From the NCBI GenBank assembly GCA_030704615.1, contig CM060734.1, positions 48,112,001-48,176,000 of the forward strand: a stretch of DNA of 64,000 nt. The letters are read 5' to 3'. This DNA is from Takakia lepidozioides (taxonomy: Eukaryota > Plantae > Bryophyta). Below, in pieces: positions 1 to 11,100 of the stretch. The notes beneath the pieces are model-generated. The model worked only from the letters and a program-made list of their open reading frames with translations, was not told where the DNA came from and searched no databases. The position numbers and the translations under genes were made by a program. Every line of letters starts with the position of its first letter. Within the stretch, counting starts at the first letter, position 1.

Positions 1-2820
1 ACCTCCCCAATGCATACTCTGTCGTAATCTCGTTGCAAGTCCTCCCGTCCACCAACAAAAGGTTTAAGTTTGCCCTCTTGCCCCAAGTTGGGCGATTGAA
101 ACATGTGATGAGTTGGAGCTGTCGATGATACCACCAGCGTGCCGGGCTCGTCGTCACTCTGTCATTGACAAAAATCGTGAAAACCAACATCGGTGCAAAA
201 AGCAGCATCGCAACCACCATAGCAACAATCATGTAGCAAAAATGAAAACATAACAAGTTTAGGAAGTATGGAGAGCCATGCAACAACAATGAAAACAAAT
301 GCAACCATTGCCTAAGAATGACATGCACAAGCAGCCTTCTCCAGAGCTGCCGGATTTGCACACGCATTGCAAACAATCTAAGGTTCACTCAACTATCTAA
401 AGTTCACTCATACAGCAAAGCCAGGATGAAGATGCAAAAACAAAGCAAGGTAACAAAGCGAAAGCAAAAAATAAATCGAACAAACCGAAAGCAGAAGTGG
501 CTTGCCTGAGAGTACTCGGCTTCAGTTGGCGCAGGTTGTGAGCAAGACACTGGAATCTCCTGCTGGAGCTTCAGTTTGGCCATGCGAGAGATTGGCCGTC
601 GTCCGTAGTACAGAGCTTTCAACTTCCGCCGCGGTCTGGATGTGAGGTCTCTCTCAGGAGAGCCACGCCCTTCAGGCGGCATAAGTCCCAGCCAAAAAGA
701 TCTCATTTTTTGGGGTACATGCCTGGAATACCATGTTAAGCCAAGATTAGCATGAGATTTAGGGTACGTGTCCAGAAAGCCATGCGTCGCCAGCCCGAAT
801 AATAACCGACGGCGGTCAACATTTATTGCCCAACTGCGCAATTAAATGTCGGATGAAGCCCTCCATGTCGGATGAAAATCGACGTAAACAATCCCGGAAT
901 TTCCAACGTAGAGGTAATTCGGAGCGCTGCACGATGAAATTCCGGCGCCGGATTTCCATCCTGCAGGTAATTCGGAGCGCAACAGGATGGATATCCGGCG
1001 CCGAATTTCCATCCGCGGAGGTAGGGCGGCGCTGGAAATTTCCCTCACGCAGGTAATTCGGAAGCGCGCGGATGGAAATCCGGCGACGAATTTCCATCCA
1101 GCCAGGTAGGGCGGCGCTGGAAATTTCCCTCACGCAGGTAATTCGGAAGCGCGCGGATGGAAATCCGGCGCCGAATTTCCATCCGCGGAGGTAGGGCGGC
1201 GCTGGAAATTTCCCTCACGCAGGTAATTCGGAAGCGCGCGGATGGAAATCCGGCGCCGAATTTCCATCCGCGGAGGTAGGGCGGCGCTGGAAATTTCCCT
1301 CACGCAGGTAATTCGGAAGCGCGCGGATGGAAATCCGGCGCCGAATTTCCATCCAGGTAATTCGAATCCCGGATGAATGGAAATTCGGCGCCGAATTTCC
1401 ATCCAGCAGGTAAGTCGGATCGGTGCCGTATGGATATTCGGCGCCGAATTTCCATTCGCCATGTATTTCTGAGCGAGGAATTACCTTCGTGCAGGTAATT
1501 CTGGACGAGGAATTAACATCCTACCGGCATCGATTGGAATTACCTGCAGGAAGGTAATTCTCATCTGGAAATTACCTGCACGAAGGTAATTCTCATCTGG
1601 GAATTACCTGCAGGAAGGTAATTCTGAGCGATGAAATACATGGCGAATGGAAATTCGGCGCCGAATATCCATACGGCACCGATCCGACTTACCTGCTGGA
1701 TGGAAATTCGGCGCCGAATTTCCATTCATCCGGGATTCCACTTACCTGCAGGATGGAATTTCGGCGCCGAATTTCCATTCATCCGGGATTCCACTTACCT
1801 GCAGGATGGAATTTCGGCGCCGAATTTCCATTCATCCGGGATTCCACTTACCTGCAGGATGGAATTTCGGCGCCGAATTTCCATTCATCCGGGATTCCAC
1901 TTACCTGCAGGATGGAATTTCGGCGCCGAATTTCCATTCATCCGGGATTCCACTTACCTGCGTGAGGGAATTTCGGCGCCGAATTACCTCCGCGGATGGA
2001 AATTCGGCGCCGGATTTCCATCCGCGCGCTTCCGAATTACCTGCTGGATGGAAATTCGGCGCCGAATATCCATACGGCACCGATCCTACTTATCTGCTGG
2101 ATGGAAATTCGGCGCCGAATTTCCATTCATCCGGGATTCGAATTACCTGCAGGATGGAAATTCGGCGCCGAATATCCATACGCCACCGATCCGACTGACC
2201 TGCTGGATGGAAATTCGGCGCCGAATTTCCATTCATCCGGGATTCCACTTACCTGTTGGATGGAAATTCGGCGCCGAATTTCCATTCATCCGGGATTCAA
2301 ATTACCTGCAGGATGGAAATTCGGCGCCGAATTTCCATTTATCCGGGATTCCACTTACCTGCTGGATGGAAATTCGGCGCCGAATTTCCATCCGGGGGAT
2401 GGTCTCTGTCGGAGAGGTGCCGCCTCTCCGCCGCTCTGTTGGATATTCAGGGCCGAATTTCCGTCCCGGGGGTTGAAATATGACGGCCAGGTGCCGACCT
2501 CTCCCTTCTCCCCGACTGCATTGGAACGGCCCCGAATTGAAATTCGGCGCCGTTTTCCCATCTGGGGAGGTTTTTATGTCGGCCAGTTTTCGGTCTGACC
2601 CCCCGACAAGACTTCCTTTGGGGGGGGCCGGATGGAAATTCGGCGCCGAATCTCCATCCAGGGGATGTTCTCTGTCGCACACTCGCCGGCCTCTGCACCC
2701 GAGGCGACTTCATCCGGGCGTCCCCTGTTCGATATTCGGTGCCGAATTTCCGTCCGGGGGTTGAAATGTGACGGCCAAGTGCCGGCCACTCCCCCCTCCT
2801 CGACTGCATCCGAACCGCCC
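1..2820. repeat. Copy A of a ~2.9 kb duplicated block (upstream region of the ParB-MTase gene plus palindrome array); runs off the left edge
   Basis: Position 1 (acctccccaatgcatactct) aligns with 13806 (acctccccaatgcctactct). Near-identity continues to cgactgcatccgaaccgccc (2820 vs ~16713). The 63-aa ORFs at 318 and 14131 are identical. Confidence 0.95.
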
Positions 2821-3045
2821 CGGATGGAAATTCGGCGCCGTTTTTCCATCTGGGGATGTTTTTATGCCGTCCAGTTTTCGGCCTGACCCCCCGACACAAC
2901 TCCCTTTGGGGGCCCGGATTGAAATTCGGCGCCGAATCTCCATCCTGGGGATGTTCTCTGTCGCAGACGCGCCGGCCTCTGCGCCCGAGGCGACTTCATC
3001 CGGGCTTCCTCTGTTGGATATTGGGTGCCGAATTTCCATTCGGGG
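890..3045. repeat. Palindrome array A: about 30 copies of GGAAATTCGGCGCCGAATTTCC in two inverted arms around a core at ~1470-1633
   Basis: GGCGCC-type cores at 944, 997, 1082, 1167, 1252, 1337, 1387, 1440, then 1657, 1710, 1763 ... 2376, 2449, 2546, 2642, 2738, 2834, 2928, 3024. 1400-1470 is the reverse complement of ~1633-1700. Confidence 0.95.
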
Positions 3046-3099
3046 GTAGTAATGTGACGGCATTGTGCCGGCTTCTCCCCTTCAGCCGTCATCATCCGG

Positions 3100-3790
3100 A
3101 TGGCCCCCCACTTTCTGACTGCATACCGTTGGCAGTTATTGCGCAAAGACGAGGGGCCGCATTCCGGAGACAAAGTTCATTAACACTCTGACTGTGGATT
3201 TTTGAGATAGTTGGCTCCCTGGATTTTGGATCAGGCTTCGTCGCTCGGACAAATCGGCATCGCATTCATTCCCATCGCTGCACCCCCTTCTACCAGGGAG
3301 CTTCCCCGCACGCCATCCTGGCAGTCTTGTGTGCACATCTCCCATGGCGGAAAACCCGAGCGCTACAGTGTACTGCCGAGCATAGAGCTTCATTTCCGTG
3401 CAGAGGGGACACCTGCCGGGTGATGGAGAAATATCTGTGCGTTCGATACCACCTGAAACCGGGGTCGGTTTTTTTGGAGGAGGAAAGGAAGGACTCAAAC
3501 GGCCTTGTTGTCGAGAGTATTGTTGTGCTCCACGATGATTTCGGCGATGGCAGGGAATGGCGAGTTCCACCATCGGACAGCGTCATATACAGGGCTGTTG
3601 GGGACTTCATTTGCCCGCCAAATGCACCGTCTATCCTGGCGCCTTCCACGAAACAATCCGCGAATCAGAGAGTGGGTACCTCAAAGAGAGAAGTCCGCAA
3701 CGAAGTAAATCCAGAGCCGAACCCATCCATGAAGACGACCGAGAACCGGGTTGTTCACAACCTGTCCTGTATGCAACTGTCACTGTCCAA
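3100..3790 (+). pseudogene. Decayed gene of unknown function, pointing away from the palindrome array
   Basis: The frame LHTVGSYCAKTRGRIPETKFINTLTVDF*DSWLPGFWIRL...CAHLPWRKTR continues into ORF 3327-3800. The stops are TGA, consistent with CGA>TGA decay. No domain recognised. Confidence 0.35.
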
Positions 3791-3803
3791 AGGGCACTAA
3801 ACC

Positions 3804-4620
3804 ATGACCACAACTTCTGAAAGAGGATCAAGAGAGGGAGTCCACAATGCTTCTTCTGGCACTTCTAGGCATGTGAAGATACTTTGTGCGGCAGGCAGAC
3901 TGACAGAGGCTCTACAGACTCTAAACCAAGGAGGCATTTCGGCAGATTCAGATACGTATGTCTGTCTCTTGCTTAAGTGCATCAAGATGGAAGGTTTTGA
4001 AGCTGGAAAGCAGGTGAACACTCACATTATCCAAAGTGGATTCACGCATATCCTAGTGGACATGTATGCCAAATGTGGGAGCATTGAGGATGTGGAGGGA
4101 GTTTTCCACAGTATGGCTGAACGAGATGTGGTGTCGTGGAACGCCATGCTTGCAGGGTATGCACAACAGGGGCGCATGATGGAGGCCTTGGAGACCTATG
4201 AGCAAATGATGTGCAAAGGGGTGAAGCCCGACCACATCACGTTTGTGTGCGTTTGCAGTGCGTATGCAAGCCTGACAGCCCTAGAAAAGGGCATGGTTGC
4301 ATCGCCAAAGCTGGAATTGTACTAGATGTGGTTCTGAACAATACCCTCATGGACATGTATGCCAGATGTGGAATGCGATGATCACAGGATATGCCCAGCA
4401 TGTTGTCATAGGGAGGTCCTGCAACTATTTGAAGGAATGCAAAAGAATGGCTTGAAGCTGGACAGTCTTTATATGTGTTATGTCTGCATGCAGCCACACT
4501 GGCCTACTGAATGAAGGAAGATGCTACTTTGATTCCCTGAGTCAAGATCATGGTATCACTCCGACAGTAAAGCACTTTGGCTGCAGACAAGGAGGCCTTA
4601 CGCAGCTTCATCAGCAGTGC
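3804..4620 (+). pseudogene. PLS-class pentatricopeptide repeat (PPR) gene fragment
   Basis: LVDMYAKCGSIEDVEGVFHSMAERDVVSWNAMLAGYAQQG and GVKPDHITFVCV. Later, frameshifted VLCLHAATL (SACSH-type) and HGITPTVKHFGC motifs. Confidence 0.9.
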
Positions 4621-4859
4621 AATGCTGTTTGGTGAGTACATTCTTAGACTGTCACTTCCTTCAATTGATTCCTTAATTTCAGGTGGCTGGAGAAGTTTAT
4701 GAGTTTGGATCAGGGTTTAAATGTACTGAAAGACAGTGTTGATATCAAGGACGAGAGCTTCATGGCAAATTGCAAGGCTATGGAGCAGCTCCTGGTTGAC
4801 CTTAGTAGGTAGCAAGTTGAGAAGGTACCTCCTCTGTTGTGAGAGAGAGGACAGAGCAC

Positions 4860-5260
4860 ATGCCCCTGACCACATCACGTGTGTTGGTGTTTGCAACGTG
4901 TGTGCAAGCCTCGTAGCCCTGGAGAAGGGCAGAGAGGTTAATAGTAACATTGTCAAAGCTGGAATTGTACCAGATGTCATTCCGAACAGTGCCCTGGTGG
5001 ATATGTATGCCAAATGTGGGTGCATTGAAGACGCGAAGGGAGTGTTCGACAATATGGCTAAACGAAATGTGGTGTCTTGGAGTGCCATGATGGTAGCATG
5101 GGTGTGGGATGGAGGTTATGGAGACCTATGAGCAAATGATGCAGGAAAGGGGTGAAGCCAAATCACATCATGTTCTTGTGCATTTGCAATGTGTGTGCGA
5201 GCCTGGCAGCCCTGGGCACAGTTATTCATGTTGTAGACAGCATAAAGTAGAGGGAGTGTT
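4860..5260 (+). pseudogene. Second PPR fragment
   Basis: PDHITCVGVCNVCASLVALEKG...SALVDMYAKCGCIEDAKGVFDNMAKRNVVSWSAM; frameshifted. Confidence 0.9.
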
Positions 5261-6627
5261 TGAGAGAGATTCGTCATTGCATAATGTTACCCTGTTTGTG
5301 GCTCAGGGTATATATATGCTGGTGGCGGGATTTTCCCGACTTCCCAAATATCTGCCTAAGGCCGTCTGGCGCTACCGTATGTCTTACATAGGCTTCCATA
5401 TGTATGCTCTATCAGATCGATACCAATCGAAGCAAGTGGGAAGATTTGGCAGTTGTCTTTGGCATGGTCGTTGGCTACAGATTTATCTTCTTCCTCATGA
5501 TAAAGTTTACTGAGGATGTGAGCCCAATCCTCCGCTGGCTCCTTGCCAAGCCTGCCTAGGGCTGCCTGACACGGAAAAATTCGGCTGTCCAGAACACAAT
5601 TCGACCCCTCTCTATGACACCATCCCCTGTCCATGATGCTGCTCCGCTGCGGTATTCCACAGGCAAGCAATTTGGTGCGTCCCCATGCATCTTAAAACAA
5701 GGAAAAAGTACCTGTCACTATCTTAGGTAATCTAACAACTGCGCCAACAGTGCTGCTGTGAACATGATACGGCAGCAATGGTAATGCATGAAAGAGGGTG
5801 ATTGATGGTTAACACTTTTAGCGGGACTGGAAAATTCATCTGGATCCCATTCACTGGTGGGAATTTGCAATAACAAAGCCTCTAGCTGAGAATATTGTTT
5901 TCTTTGCTTTTGGTTAGCTCAGTTGTAGAGAGAGCTGGTGCCACAAGAGTCTGATACAGAAATGTGAGGTAATTATTCTACTCTATCAGTGGGGAATCCA
6001 GAGATTAATGAAGCGATAAAGGTGGCAGTTACTTGTTCTGCCTCAATCATAGCAACAACCATTACTTCTAGGTACATAATTTATTGCTACACAAATTCTG
6101 TCATTGGCGCCTGCTGTGTATTATATTCTGCAGTGAAAAGCCTTGGACGGCTGCATCTTTTTCCCTTGTTGAACGGATGGAGTGCAACTGATCTGAGAAT
6201 GTATTGCAAGAATGCAGTCTGCAATGTAGAGTCTGTATGGACAATGTAATGGTGATTCCAGCACTGGACTGTGATACTGGCAACAATGAAGTGCGTAGAG
6301 AAACCAGACAGACCAAACTTGGGAAGGAGAAATAAAAGAAAGACCACTGGACCACCGGAGGCTCCTCATGATATACTTAGTGCTTCAGAAAATAAATATG
6401 GATACTCTAATGCAGGGTGCACTACAATCTCAGATCCTGCTTTCCACCACTTTGAAGATGGGATTTGTTCTTGTGGTGATAGGATGTTTTCTTGGAAAGA
6501 TGCTAGTGTCTGGTGACAGTGGATGGAAATCAGAGTGCTGTCCTAATTCTTCTCAAAGCTTGAAGATGGAAGTGAATACGAATTATTTCAAGTCCTAGTG
6601 CTATTGGTATCTGCACTCGATAACCAG

Positions 6628-6692
6628 CATGTAGCCCAGTGGTAATGGGCACATACCACGTTGGATGTGGTTGTGGGTTCAAACCATGGTCT
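6628..6692 (+). other. tRNA-like A/B-box remnant (SINE-like)
   Basis: tagcccagtggtaa (A box) ... gggttcaaacc (B box); no complete cloverleaf. Confidence 0.35.
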
Positions 6693-7199
6693 GGTGTGTC
6701 ATGAAGGTGTCCACCTTTTAGCTGGAAGGCAGTAGCCCTAGTAGCCCTTGTGGTGAAGAGACACCATAATTTAAGCTCCCTTCGGGAGGCGTCATATTTT
6801 TACTACGCAAGGCCCGCTGCTCGTCCTGAATCAAGTCCAGTAGATCTACAAGAAGCTGCTGTTGCGGCCATCCTCCATCGATGTCTGCATTTCCTAGATG
6901 CAATTTGATGAGTACTAGGGTTGCAGTCGATGCATCGCCACGATGCCGTTCAGAGTTTGATTGACAGTAAGTTACCTGTCGAGCAGCCTCGTGAGCGTCA
7001 CGCAAGTTCCTAAAGTTAAAGGCTGTAGCGAATTTAGTAAACGACCAAGTGTTGTTTATGCAAAACCCAAACTTGGGTCTTGTTGTATCCTTGCATATGT
7101 ACATACAAGCACGCAGGTCTCCAGACTCCCACTTCCTTCCTTCACACATTGCGAGTTCGTGGTGGCACATGACAGTTGTGGCCACCGGACAAAGCAAAG

Positions 7200-7920
7200 T
7201 CTGGAGTAGAACAGAGCTTCATGACAGCAGGCCGAGAAGGTACCTCTACCCAAGGATTGTGGCTACTTGGCTCTCTCTTCTGATCCACCAACGGGTATGG
7301 ACACTGAGGTGTGGAGTAGGCTGTCGTGCGACTTACTGGACAGAGTATTGGCACGCTTATCTTGCACAAACTTTTGCCGCTTATAGATGGTGTGCAAGCG
7401 CCAGCGATCTCTACCAACAACTCAAGGTTTTATGCATCTCCGCCACCAAGTCGGTGTCGATCAAATAGAGCCATTCTTTGTCTTTCCCTCGGACAATGGG
7501 TACATTTCCCCGCAGAACATGGGATTTTTAAAGTTATTGTATCCATCATCATCTGCAAGGGGGATGTCCAAGTTGCAACAGATGGACCTCGCATTCCTTA
7601 GATCTCACTTGCCTAGTTGCGTCTCAACAAATATGTCAACAGCAGGTTCCTATCCTTCACCGGCTTACTATTATTTATCTATAGACGGAGGGTTGTTTTC
7701 CATGGCACTGAGTTCATGTCGCTTAGAGGATTCGCACATCATTGTGTTCAATCCAATCTCAAAGTGTTGCAGACGCTTGCTTGAAGTGCCTCCACTTTAC
7801 GGCGAGGAGAGATTTCTTAGTAAACTGGTGATGGATAGCAGAACTGGAGGGTACACCCTTATTAGGGTTACAATTGTAACAAGGTATGATACTGAAGAGG
7901 TAGAGGTTCGCATGGGGGGC
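7200..7920 (+). pseudogene. F-box/F-box-associated (kelch-like) gene remnant
   Basis: Degenerate F-box (LYPRIVATWL...LRC...W) followed by SIDGGLF...IIVFNPISKCCRRLLEVPP...LVMDSRTGGY, typical of plant F-box proteins. Confidence 0.5.
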
Positions 7921-8150
7921 TGCTATTTCATGAGCGGCATGAGCATGAGCGGCATGAGCATGAGCGGAAAAAAAAAAAGCATGAGCAGACCATTGTGAGT
8001 CCACGGAAATAGGGTTAGGAGGCACGGAAATAGGGTCATGTGAAGTTGGAATGTGGCACCAGTGGACTTGAAATGCAACATTTTATTGCAAATTTTGTGG
8101 CAAGCCACGTCTATACAAGTGTGTTCTAACTGTCATAGCCGGAATGGGCA

Positions 8151-11100
8151 CTACTCTCCTACACCCTCCGAGGAACTTGCCCCACCTTCTTCCTCATCCC
8201 CCTCATCCCCCTCATCCTCCGAGCTCTGTGATGCATCAGTTCCACTATGCCTCTCAAAAATCCCGTCCTCTCCTTGGGGGACTGTCCACCTCACCTCCTG
8301 GGAATCTTCTGCGTCTTCTCCCCCACTTTCCTCAGCAGAATCCAACACAAATCTACGAGCCCGACGGGCTCTAATAGCTGCTGCCTCCTCCCTCATCTTC
8401 ATTTTCTTGAGGCTTGCCTCGTCTAAAATCTGCTCTACACGACTACGTTCGGAACACCTCCTAATGGACACCGAAGCAAGTCGGGCAGCATAAGTAGGAA
8501 GGATGTACTCCCTTTCTGGACTAGGCATGAAATCCCCCCTGGCAAAAAAAGGCACGTTCCTCCTGCCCATGAACTCCGGTGTAGACGTCCCTCCGGCAGT
8601 ACTTGGCATCCTACAGTAAGAACAAATCCACTTCAAGAATGTCAATACCAGCACAACCAGAAAGGGTTTTCAATGAAATAAGAGAGCGGAGGGAGGTGCC
8701 TCACAAAATCTGGAGGCAACTTACAATGCCACCACTCACTCGTAAACCGGGGGCTCCTCGGCCTTGATCCCAACTTCCTCCCCCTGCTCCTTCTCGGATT
8801 TTTCCTCATCCTCCGAGGATGCCTCTTCCTCTTTTGGCAGACGTTCAGCCGTAGCAAGTTCCGAGTTGTGGAGGGCAGTATCTGGCTCGAAGGCGAACAC
8901 ATGCCTGTCGGACAACGTCCCTGCCCACATTGAAGCACCTGAGGAACAAAGCGGGCGGTTAATAGCTTGCGGCATGCAATTGCAATGGGGCCAGGGGACA
9001 AACTGAGCACGTGAAGGCTTACCCGTGCCGCATGTGAGGTCCAGAATCCGCCCTTGGACATCCGAGCACGTCTCCATGAGGGTTTGGATGAAAGCAGGGC
9101 TCCGGGTCCGGCTGTACCGCCACGGTTTGCCTGTCTTTGTGTCCTTCGGCATACTAGAGTGGGGCACATAGTTGTAGAGGACATCGTAGGTTACAGGGTC
9201 CACAGCGGCATCAACAAGACGACCGTCGTTGCGGAATTTGAACGTAGACCCTCTCTTCACAAAGCAATATGCCTCAAACACCAATGTCTGCACATCCAAC
9301 AAAGAAGGGATCAATTCCAGGGTCTACTTAACATACACCACAATATGAAGTGAATGCAATAGATTGATAACTTACACTTTGGCCCTCTGTTCGCAACCCC
9401 TGCGTACTGATGCAGAACCATTTTCTGAGGAGGACCGGGGTGACACTTTTCGGTGTCCACCTTGCCACCGCATTCTCTGTGGTCTTCCCTCTCGTGGCAA
9501 GGACAACCACACATCCACCGTCATCCAGAAGCATCCCCGCCAGCCCAAACCCGGCTTTCCAGTAGTCCTCAGTAAACCTGTTCCAGGTGGGCACACCATC
9601 CAGGCCCTCCAGCAGCTCCCCATCTGGAATGTCGAGGAGAATCATGTCGCAAGCTCTCTCCACCTCAACCCCCCCCCCCCCGAGTGCTCTTGCAATTCGT
9701 GCTCACAGCCGTGAAGAATTCCATCATGGCTTCAAAACCAGGGGTGTCTTTAGGCTCTTGTACCGCCAGCCCTCTTCTTGGCTTTCCCCTTCTGCTCCGC
9801 CAGAGACTTGTTGTGTGCCACCTTCTTCGCCCTGGCAGCGAGAGCGTCAAGGAAGCTCTCATTGACGCATTGGATGATGGTTGGAGGTTCTAGCTTTGGC
9901 CTGTGCGTAAACGTCACCGCCGAATACCGGCGTGTAGGCTCGCCCTCAAATGCCAACTTCTTGGCAGAGCCAGTCCCACTCCGAACTGACTTGGGAACCC
10001 GGACGACCGGTGACTGGGTAGGAGCAACAGCAGTCGCAGGACCTTGAACGAAATCGGCGTCGGAGTCACTCTCTTGGGTCCCCTCCTGCGCCTCCTCCGA
10101 TGCCCCGATGGTTTTCTTCTTTTTGGGTGTTACTGCAGTCACCTGTTTCCTTGTCCTTTTCCTTTGACCTTTACTCTTCTCATGCAATTTCTCCTGAATT
10201 CCTGCCTGAGCAAGCTCTGCCGCTTTCCTGGAGTTCGCAAGCGCTTTTGCCTCTTTTGCACCCAACGGAGGCAGCGGAGCCCGGTTTCGTCGGAATTCAG
10301 CATCCAGCTTCAATTGAAACTCGGATGGGTCGAGCGAGCCGGGCGGAAGGTCCACATACCAAGGGCAATCACGCAAATGTTCCAGATGCCACTCCTTCAC
10401 AATATCGTCAGTGTACATGGAGTCAGCCCCAGGGTTCCTCCATGCCAGAAAGAATGGTGGCTCGAAAGACAGATGACCTTTCTCCAAAAGGGAGAACTTA
10501 CAGTACCTGCATTCATGAAACACACAATGAGGTCCGAAAATGGCTAAGTCCCTGAACGGCAATAGGGCCTACAACTGGAATATGGCGCCGAATTTCCACT
10601 TCAGGGCCACCCAGTCTAGGGACTTAGCCCGAAAATGGCTAAGTCCCTGAACGGCAATACGGCCTGGAACTGGAAAATGGCGCCGAATTTCCAGTTCAGG
10701 GCCACCCAGTCTAGGGACTTAGCCCGAAAATGGCTAAGTCCCTGAACGGCAATAGGGCCTAAAACTGGAAAATGGCGCCGAATTTCCACTTCAGGGCCAG
10801 CCAGTCTAGGGACTTAGCCCGAAAATGGCTAAGTCCCTGAACGGCAATAGGGCCTGGAACTGGAAAATGGCGCCGAATTTCCAGTTCAGGGCCAGCCAGT
10901 CTAGGGACTTAGCCCGAAAATGGCTAAGTCCCTGGACGGCAATAGGGCCTAGAACTGGAAAACGGCGCCGAATTTCCAGTTCCGGGCCAGCCACACTAGG
11001 GACTTAGGCCGAAAATGGCTAAGTCCCTGAATGGCAATAGGGCCTACAACTGGAAAATGGCGCCGAATTTCCACTTCAGGGCCAGCCAGTCTAGGGACTT

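Noticed and set aside
890-3045. CRISPR array (palindromic repeat with regular spacers); also 10535-11240, 14700-16700 and 61495-61890
   Set aside because: The spacers are near-identical copies of each other rather than unique sequences, the arms are inverted, no cas genes are present, and the context is eukaryotic.
816-3063. Many ORFs with MEIRRRISI / GWKFGAEFP / DGNSAPNFH repeats, and MAPNF repeats at 10.8 and 61.5 kb
   Set aside because: These are translations of a palindromic tandem repeat on both strands, with unit lengths mostly not multiples of 3. The 10.8 kb set lies in an intron.
6628-6692. Functional tRNA gene
   Set aside because: Only A/B boxes are present; the acceptor and anticodon stems do not pair.
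8736-8738. TGA as the stop codon of the MTase gene
   Set aside because: It overlaps a perfect GTGAGT donor (8739) that splices in phase to the exon at 8610, so the gene probably continues to 8151.
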